From: Octopus vulgaris
Taxonomy: Eukaryota
Assembly: GCA_951406725.2 (NCBI GenBank)
Contig: OX597829.1
Span: 3,162,001-3,226,000, forward strand
DNA: 64,000 nucleotides
Reading direction: 5' to 3'
The notes under the pieces were generated by a model. The model worked only from the letters and a program-made list of their open reading frames with translations. It ran no database searches and was not told where the DNA came from. The translations under genes were made by a program, and so were the position numbers. Position 1 is the stretch's first letter. Each line of letters begins with the position of its first letter. This document shows, piece after piece, positions 53,677 through 64,000 of this stretch.

Positions 53677-53985
53677 GGAGGCACATGGCCTAGTGGTTAG
53701 AGCAACGGACTCGCGGCTGAAGGATCGTGGGTTCGAATCTCAGACCGGGTGGCATGTGTGTTTATGAGCGAAACACCTAAGCTCCACGCGGCTCCGGCAG
53801 AAGGTAATGGCGAAACTTCTGCTGACTCTTTCGCCACAACATTCTCTCCTTCTTTCCTCCTGCATCTTGCAGCTCACCTGCGACGGACCGGCGTTCCGTC
53901 CAGGTGGGGAACCTATATGCCAAGAAACCGGGAAACTGGCCCTTATGAGCCAGGCATGGCTTGAGAAGGAAACAAAACAAAAAAA
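53677..53985 (+). mobile_element. Family D tRNA-derived SINE
   Basis: Homologous to 16360-16665 and to the partial copy at 25952-26115; A and B boxes intact. Confidence 0.85.
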
Positions 53986-54905
53986 CAAACACGCACATTT
54001 ATGCACACACACACACACTCACACACACACTCACACACACATTTATGCACACACACACACACACACATAAATATTTTTCCATTATTCTTTACTGATAAGA
54101 ATACAGGCCTACTTTCTATAACTGTTTTCTAGTCTCATAAGACTCCTATCTCCCTGTATTTGTGGTAAATATTTTTTTTTCTATCAGGCAGAAGAGCTTG
54201 GTGCAGTCTTCTGACTCGACAACTCCTGTTAAACTGTCCAATTCATGCCAGCATGGGAAACAGATTTTAAATGATGATGATGACGAAGATGATGATGGTG
54301 ACAATGATGATGATTTTGGATGGTATTTTCTGAACAGACAGTTTTTCTCTGTTTTTTGTTTTCCTATCTAGTCAAGCTACTTATATTTAGCTTCCAGTTA
54401 AGAATATTATTACTACAACTTATTTCTGAGACAACTAGATAGAGAATTGATGCCTATTACTTTACATTTTTCTTATTTTATTTATTCATTTGTATTTAGC
54501 TCTGTTTGAAGAATTAATCTACTGCATCAATACTTTTCCTTTTTCACCTATTATTCCAGTTGTCTATGTTTTTTACCATTTTTCACCATTTTAGTCATTG
54601 ATTCCTAAATATTTGTATGTCTGCGTTTGCTTTAATCAACTTATCTCTGTTTCTTTATCCAGCATGATATTAATGTTTTTAATTAAATTTCTTCTCTTTG
54701 AGGAGGTTACTGTGACACATTGTTCTAATATGAATATTTGGAACATCAGATCAGTTCCTCAACTAAACCTATGTACTGTCTGCAAGAATCAGCATGGTGT
54801 ATTAGCAGAATCATTAGAGTATTAGACAATTCTCAGTTCATATCTCACTGAGGAAATCAACTTTGCTTTCACCATTTTTGGATGCAATATATTAAAGTCA
54901 GGTTG

Positions 54906-55236
<331 letters not shown>

Positions 55237-56252
55237 AGAATTCGCAGTTCTCCCAATGGTTATTTCCATTCAAATGGTGAAACTAACAAGTCCCCAAGAA
55301 AACAAATAAACTCCTTTATAATCTACAGTCAGACGTGGTGGACATGGATGGACAGGTGTTATGGCACAGCAGAGGGGAATAGCAGACATGGTTATTCACT
55401 TCATGACTACATGGTTCTGGGTTCAGTCCCATTGCATGACGCCTTGGGCAAGTATCTTCTACTATTGCCTCTGGCCAACCAAAGCCTCGCGAGTGGATTC
55501 GGTAAGTGGAGACCTACCAAAGAAAGAAAACCGTCAAAAATGTGCATGTATGCATATGTGTGTGCGTGTGTTTGTTGGTATGTGTGTGCACATGCATGTG
55601 CATGTGTGTGTGTGCATGCCTGCACGTTCATGCGTGTGTGTGTGTGTATGTGTGTTGTTTTGTCTGTAGGTGTGTGCTTATGAGCGTCCATGTGTATGAG
55701 TGTTGCCTGGTCTTGACCCCATACTAATTGTAAGCAAATATTACCATTACACAAGCAATATGAATCATTTACAATTTTCTGCTAAAAAGATAACCAATGC
55801 CATGTCTCAGTTCTTTAATCATTTTCTTATTTATGGCTTCTTTCATATTGTTAATATATTTTTACGGACACATTTGCTTCACCCAAACCAATTTATTGGC
55901 CCATTTGAATTGGCTTCATTCACTTTTAATTGAATGCTGCCATCACATAAACACCAATATAACTTCATACCATGTGATTGATTGACCACTGATAATTCTA
56001 TAAATCTGAGAATTTCTCATACCTACCAATTGAAGTTTTTCCCTTTCAGTGCGCCAAAGTGATATAGTCTCTCATTCTTTTATAATACAACCAAAAAGCT
56101 CTGCAAGTATTCCATATCAGTTTATTAAATATTAAGCCAGAGATTTGATACCTGAAACATTCAAGACATTTATTAACTGAACTGTTTCATTGATTTCTTA
56201 TAATCTTATATCTGCAAAACTTCAATTCTGAGATTCTTTTGGTGCCATCAAC

Positions 56253-56295
<43 letters not shown>

Positions 56296-57564
56296 CTCTG
56301 TATAACAACTCTCTCACTAGATTCTTTTACATGTCTTTGAAAAAAATCCTCTTCATTTTGTTTTTTTTCATCCTTCAAATTATGTCTGCAATTTCTCTTA
56401 TCGTTTGCTTAATTGAATTTGTTCAGACTGGAAAGAAACTAATTATTTTGTTCCTTATGTAGAGGTTTGTCATTCCTTAAATCTTGGTTGGGTTCGATTC
56501 TGAGACTAAATATAATCTATATACTCTTTTACTCTTTTACTTGTTTTAGTCATTTGACTGCGGCCATGCTGGAGCACCGCCTTTAGTCAAGCAAATCGAC
56601 CCCAGGACTTATTCTTTGTAAGCCCAGTACTTATTCTATCGGTCTCTTTTGCCGAACCACTAAGTTACAGGGATGTAAACACACCAGCATCGGTTGTCAA
56701 GCAATGCTAGGGGAACAAACACAGACACACAAACATACACGCACATATATATATATATATATATACATATATACGACAGGCTTCTTTCCGTTTCCGTCTA
56801 CCAAATCCACTCACAAGGCATTGGTCGGCCCGGGGCTATAGCAGAAGACACTTGCCCAAGATGCCACGCAGTGGGACTGAACCCGGAACCATGTGGTTGG
56901 TTAGCAAGCTACTTACCACACAGCCACTGCTGCGCCTATATGTTGAAATCTCTTTGTTTTTTTTACATGACTGTTATAATATATCTGAAACAAGACCTGT
57001 TTATTGATATGTGTTTTTATGGGGTTTTTTTTTCTTTTTGTATTCTTGTTAAATTCTCAAAAACTCATAAAGGCAAGAAACCATGCCCAAAGCAAACAGT
57101 GGAGCATAATGCAGTCTTTAAACCCATCAGACCTTACCAAACCAGCTAACCCATGCCAGCATCAAACACGGATGCTAAATGATGACAACAATGACGATAT
57201 AACTATTGGAACTTTTATGCTTCTGAATTCTGCTCAAATGAATATTCAATTTCTATAATAATAATAATAATTGTGGTAGTTTCATAAAGTATCTTACATA
57301 GTCTATTTATGTCACTTTTACATTTATTGTTGTTGTTGTTATTACTATTATTATCATTATCAGGAAGGCCAACTCATTGTGCTTTTATATCATTTAAGCG
57401 TTAATTCTTCCTGTCCTTTCAACATTATGATAGAATTTCTTTTAATTTAAACTATGGTATTCTAAAAATGTTATTTTCATTAATATTTTGTTCGCTTTAT
57501 CTCCACAATATCTTCTGATATATTTTATATTCTCTTTTTTGCTGTCATTCTGCATTATTATCAA

Positions 57565-57617
<53 letters not shown>

Positions 57618-57966
57618 TATGTTTGACTTTCGCTTTATGTCTATACAAGTTGGCTCCAAGTCTCACCCAGAGACCTCAAGAGACAACAGGTTGGAAGTTC
57701 TGTGCCATATATTTGGGGGGGGGGGGGTTTTGGTGTTGTACTAGTGAATGTCTAATACATAAAAATAAAATTCAAAAAAATTATTATTATTATTATTATT
57801 ATTGAGTGAGAGAGCAGTTCATGCCATCAAAGTGACACTGGGGTAAAATATACGAAGCCCAATATACCCATCATGACTACCCGTCTGATAAGGGTACACC
57901 AGGCACATGCATCACAACCATATGTGCGCGACATGGTGATTATTATTATTATTATTATTATTATCA

Positions 57967-58053
<87 letters not shown>

Positions 58054-58574
58054 GTGAGAGAGCAGTTTATGCCATCAAAGTGACACTGGGGTAAAATATA
58101 CGAAGCCCAATATACCCATCATGACTATCCGTCTGATAAGGGTACACCAGGCACATGCATCACAACCATATGTGCGCGACATGGTGATCTCATATCAAGA
58201 TAAACAGCACATGACCTTGCAGGTGGGGCCCAGTTAGAATTTTCTTCAGGTTGAGTAGCCCATCCCGCTCAAACGGTCCCTGAATAACGGTTGTTTAAGG
58301 ATGTTGAAAAAACCACCCATGTTTCCAGAGGTGAATTATTCAAACCCCAAAGAATCCCTCTCAACACATGGCTATGATGTTCCCCCACTACTTCTGCTCG
58401 TGATCAGAGATGCACATATCGTCAGCCACTAAGGGACATGTTCTACTGGTTACGGTCAAACAACTGACAAGCAAATCTGTGGTATTGAGCAGAATATTTG
58501 CTGTAGCCCATCTTTTATACCAAGACAAAACAATGTACATGATAACATATTTGCTGTAGCCCATCTTTTATACC

Positions 58575-59240
<666 letters not shown>

Positions 59241-59323
59241 CGAAAGACTCTCCAATAGTTTTTAATTACCGGTTATTCTTTACTTGAAAACAGTCAATAA
59301 CCAAAGGTTTCACGTAATTATCA

Positions 59324-60210
59324 TCATTGTTCGACCGTGGTCGAGACAATGGAATTTACCATGCTACGCCAGACTTCACGGTCCATCATGGCATTACGGA
59401 GGTCCTTTTGCTGGATGCTTGTATCCCTGGAGATTACATCAGGGTAGGAGAGTGTGCGCCCTCTGGTGTTGCGAGTAGATGGCTTCCAGAGGAGAAGAGT
59501 AGAAATTACTTCTGTTTCAGCTCTACAACAATGTCCAGCAAACTGGACTCTCCTACCTTTCACAAGAGATGACACAGGTGGTAGTTTCCCATATATTTGC
59601 ATTTTGGTTGGATGGCGCTTCCACGAGAGATTTTGAGCTCTCATAAGGAGGCGAGTGTAAATTCCATCCAACCGCCTCTCAAGCTTTGAAAAACATATTA
59701 GGAATAATTGAGCTGCTGTCAGGCTCGAGGTGATCCAGAAGACAGAATTGTTGGGTGGTACAGCTCGAATTCTAAGGAGAGTATTGTCTCTTTGAGTCAC
59801 AGGAGAAGGTACTACTTGAATGGTGCCCTTTTCGTGTCACTGGCACAGAAGCCAGTTGGCTGCTCTGGTAATGATCACACTTGGATGGTGCTCTTGGCAC
59901 CCTACTAGCCACTGAGGCATTAGTGTGCATGCTCAGAATATTTTGTAATGTTCCTCTTTTCCATTACTCCCTCTGACTTGTGTTCATATTATTGTTCAGG
60001 TCTCTCAAGGTTTGCGTTACTGCACAACATCCAGTGGACATATCTGGTACATTGTCATGTTTCCTTTTGTATTCATGTTGTGCGAACTTACGGCACTCAC
60101 TAACAATATGGCTTATACTTTTCTCCCTTTTCAAAGCACATCCTACGCTGTAGCAATTCAGTACATTTATCAAAGTGATATTTGGAGTAGTCTGTTCTGA
60201 GAGCTTGTTC
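59324..60210. mobile_element. Mosaic of LINE fragments: RTE-like 3' end (59324-59690, -), R4/Dong-like C-terminus (59700-59795, +) and CCHC region (59960-60205, -)
   Basis: RRVQFAGHCCRA; IQKTELLGGTARILRRVLSL*; SISHIVSECRKFAQHEYKRKHDNV. Confidence 0.75.
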
Positions 60211-60622
60211 TTGAGCATGCACACTAATGCCTCAGTGGCTAGTAGGGTGCCAAGAGCACCATTCAAGTGTGATCATTTCCAGAGCAGCCAACTGGCTTCT
60301 GTGCCAGTGACATGAAAAGGGCACCATTCAAGCATGATCGTTACCAAAGTCGCCTTACTGGCACCTGTGCTGGTGGCATGTAAAAAGTACTCACTACACT
60401 CTCGGAGTGGTTGGCATTAGGAAGGGCATCCAGCTGTAGAAACTCTGCCAAATGAAGATTGGAGCCTGGTGCAGCCATCTGGTTCACCAGCCCTCAGTCA
60501 AGATCGTCCAACCCATGCTAGCATGGAAAGCAGACATTAAACGATGATGATGATGATGATGTTTATCATCATCATAATGATCATGTTTGTGGTGTTTCTC
60601 ATAATTTTGTTCTTTGATATAT

Positions 60623-60659
<37 letters not shown>

Positions 60660-60662
<3 letters not shown>

Positions 60663-63200
60663 TATTATAAAAGGCAGATTTTATCTGCCTCCCTTTGGGA
60701 GTTATACAAATCTACAATATAGGATTTCTTCAATTACAATTTACCTAGCATTTTTGAGAGTACAATGCATCGCGTCATGCCAGGTCCAGTTTTTAAAATT
60801 TAAACTCCAATTAAGCAAAATTTACAGAAAACTCACATTCTGGTGTGTGTGTCAAATGCTTTTCTTAGTCTGGTTTACACCACACGCAAACGCACACACA
60901 CAGTGGGCAACGAATAAAATGAAAGTAAATGTAATATTTGTTTCTGTCTATCACGCTGATAGATACATGAGTAAAATGTATGGGAAGCTAACAGATAACA
61001 GTGAGTGAAAATGTTCTTGGAAGAGAGTAAATTAGCGACAGTGATTTGAGGAAGACTAAACTGAAACTATGAAACAGTGTTTATGTATAAACAGACGACA
61101 CTTATATAAACCCTTTCGTTACCAAACCGCCCGAATTTACCTATTCATATTTAAATGAGAATATCAGAGTAAATCTCTTTAGTACATTCGTGAAAACACG
61201 TATTATACTTCGTAAACATTTCAAATACAGTTTTGTACAAAAATCGAAGTGTAATTTTAATTCCGTGAATTATGGGAGATTTTTTTCCGAAATTTGTTCC
61301 TATTGTGTTTTCAAAATTTGTAATTCTGACAAAAAATGGATACGAATTTCATTATATCAAGCAGCGAGTCAGAATTCGAAGGATTTTCTACTGAAGACCT
61401 TCATAAATCTAACTCTATGACTGAAAAAAAAAAGCATCTTTATATAAGAGTGAAGTTGTGTGTCTGTCCCCTTCGATTTACATTCGTAATTACTCCCACA
61501 TTTTGCGGTGCAGTTTAACCAAAAGCGGGTATCTTATAGTCGTGATTCATATCGAGCCCTTCTGGGTATTAGCGCGCATCTACGATGAATCTACGATTTA
61601 AAAAAATTTACCATCATATTTTTCCATTTTAATGCATTTTTTTCGCTTTTATATAAGGGAAGTAACTCTTAATTTTTTTTCAATTTTTAATGCATTTTTT
61701 TTGCTATTTTTTGGCTATAACTCTCTAAAAATGCTTATATAGTTATTTCCCTTACAACCCGAGCAACGCCGGGCGATACTGCTAGTATATATATATATAT
61801 ATATATATATCAATAGCTAATAGCTGAGTCACTATCAAAACTGGAGGAGAAGTTTCAGGTGTGGAAGCATCGTCTAGAATCAAAGGGCCTTAGAGTCAAT
61901 CTAGCAAAAATGAAAGTCTTAATAAATAGGAAGGCAGACAAATCACAAATCCCTTCAGGTAGAAAAGGCGTAGGTAAAAATTCTATAAGATGTACCCATT
62001 GTAAGCTATGGACACATAAGAGGTGCAGCAATATCAAAGGAAGGCTAACTGGGAGGATAGTTTTTGTATGTGGCAAATGCACAGGAGCAATAAACACTGA
62101 AAATGTGCAGAGAACAGCTTCTATCACATTCCAGGGGGAAAAACTACAAGTATATGATAGCTCCTGTTACCTAGGTGACACATAAAAAGCACCATCCAAT
62201 CGTGGTCGATGTCACCTCCTCTGGCCCCTGTGCTGGTGGCACATAAAAAGCACCCAATACACTCTTGGAGTGGTTGGCATTAGGAAGGACATCCAGCTGT
62301 AGAAACACTGCCAGATCAGATTGGGGCCTGGTGCAGCCCCCTGGCTTCCCAGACCCCAGTTGAACCATCCAACCGATGCTAGCATGGAAAGCGGATGCTA
62401 AACAATGATGATAATGATGATGATATATATATATATATATATATAAAGGCGGCAAGCTGGCAGAAACGTTAGCACGCTGGGTGAAATGCGTAGCCGCCTT
62501 ATTTCGTCTGCTGTTACGTTCTGAATTTAAATTCCGCCGAGGATGACTTTGCCTTTCATCCTTTCAGGGTCGATAAATAAAGTACCAGTTACGCACTGGG
62601 GTCGATGTTATTGACTTAATCCTTTTGTCTGTCCTTGTTTGTCCCCTCTGTGTTTAGCCCCTTGTGGGTAATAAAGAAATATATATATATATATATAAAT
62701 ATATATATCTATATATATAAAACTCTAGTTGTGTGAGTGTCTGTCCCCTTCGATTTAGATTCCTAACTACTCCCACATTTTGCGGTGCAGTTTAACCAAA
62801 TTCGGGTATCTTATAGTCGTGATTCATATCGAGCCCATCTGACTATTAGCGCGCGTCAACGATGAGTCTACGATTTTAAAAATAATTTAACATCATTTTT
62901 TATTCCATTTTAATGCATAAAATGCATTGTGTGTCGATGGCGGCGGAGTTGGCGTCCACGCTCACAGCTGCACCTGTTTGCTTCTCCCCCTTCCCTCCCT
63001 CGTGAAGCTGTGGGGAAGGGAGTGTAAAGAAATCAACGTCGTAATGCGTTGTGAAGGAAACCAGCGTTCTTTTAGAACAACGACTTCATGGCTTGAAGAC
63101 ACCAAAACAAAAATGGCTAAGAAAGCCCGAATTGGCATCTAAAAATGCTTATATAGTTATTTCCCTTACAAACCCGAGCAATGCCGGGCGATACTGCTAG
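60660..63200 (+). mobile_element. Non-autonomous Helitron cluster (60660/61438-61785 and 62708-63200)
   Basis: 5' TC-TATATA starts; the shared 3' end CCCGAGCAA(C/T)GCCGGG hairpin plus CTAG|T occurs twice; shared internal ~180-bp block. Confidence 0.75.
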
Positions 63201-63265
<65 letters not shown>

Positions 63266-63587
63266 CACACACATATTTGTATGTATGTTTTATTTTATTG
63301 TTAGCTTTTATGTTGTTTTAATATAACTGCTGCTATACCTGATATGCTTCATTTCCAAATTACATTGCCGGATGGATTAAGTTGCCTGATGGATTAAAAC
63401 TGACAGACTTTTACCACAACTGATTAAGAAGATATTCTACAGCTTTTGTGTCTATGCTTCATCTTTTTTTCCTTAACTCATTTGCTTTCTTTTCACAACA
63501 GTACACTTATTTTATTCTTTTTCTTTTCTACATATTTTTTTTCTATCATATCTTTTGCATTGTTGCTTTCATGTTTTATGATATATA

Positions 63588-63958
63588 CTAGCACTATGAC
63601 CCGGCAATGCCAGGTCATAGTGCTAGTGCATGCATATACAGCTGTGTGCGTGCACACATACATGCGAGTACTGTCCAAATCTCCGACCAATCACATACAG
63701 CTAGTTGGCATTCAATTGACGTATCAAGTTTCAGGCATTTTGATTGGGTTTTGGATAGAAAATTCACAAAAAAGTCACTTCTATTGTTTTTTTTAATGGC
63801 TTTGTTGGGTGACTGGGGAAATGTAAAGATGTGCACGACCACCCTTGGACGGTTTTGAATAACCATAGAAAGTGTGAGCCCTCTAACTGAAAAATTGTGG
63901 ATTTGTATAAAGGACACACACACACACACAGACATTTTGCCGTTTATATATAGAGAGA
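63588..63958 (-). mobile_element. Non-autonomous Helitron-like element
   Basis: Terminal hairpin ACTAGCACTATGACC..GGTCATAGTGCTAGT with CTAG; the opposite end reads TCTCTATATAT on the minus strand. Confidence 0.55.
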
Positions 63959-64000
63959 TAACAGTATTTAAAAAATGTAGATCAGTTCCTGTTATTATTA

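Overview
This is AT-rich, repeat-saturated eukaryotic DNA. Its tRNA-SINE, RTE and Penelope repertoire plus dense microsatellites look like an octopus (coleoid cephalopod) genome; that is inference from repeat content. Only one credible host coding exon was found: exon 1 of a universal-stress-protein (USP)-like gene on the minus strand (10332-10239), next to a CpG-retaining promoter-like segment. Everything else is mobile-element debris: several SINE families, RTE, R2/Hero-like, R4/Dong-like and L1/Tx1-like LINE pieces, two Penelope GIY-YIG fragments, a solo LTR, a Chapaev3-like fragment, mariner, hAT and Merlin-like MITEs, Helitrons and simple repeats. Most ORFs in the supplied track are microsatellite artefacts. 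The main hidden signal is more than a dozen minimal type I hammerhead-ribozyme (HHR) motifs, read by eye, in short Penelope-type elements that often sit as inverted pairs. They include canonical cores (CUGANGA), compensatory swaps of the tertiary 3:8 pair (GUGANCA = G3:C8; UUGAAAA = U3:A8), a recurrent U6 variant, and a tRNA-headed SINE carrying an HHR-like motif. No activity was tested and no database search was run.
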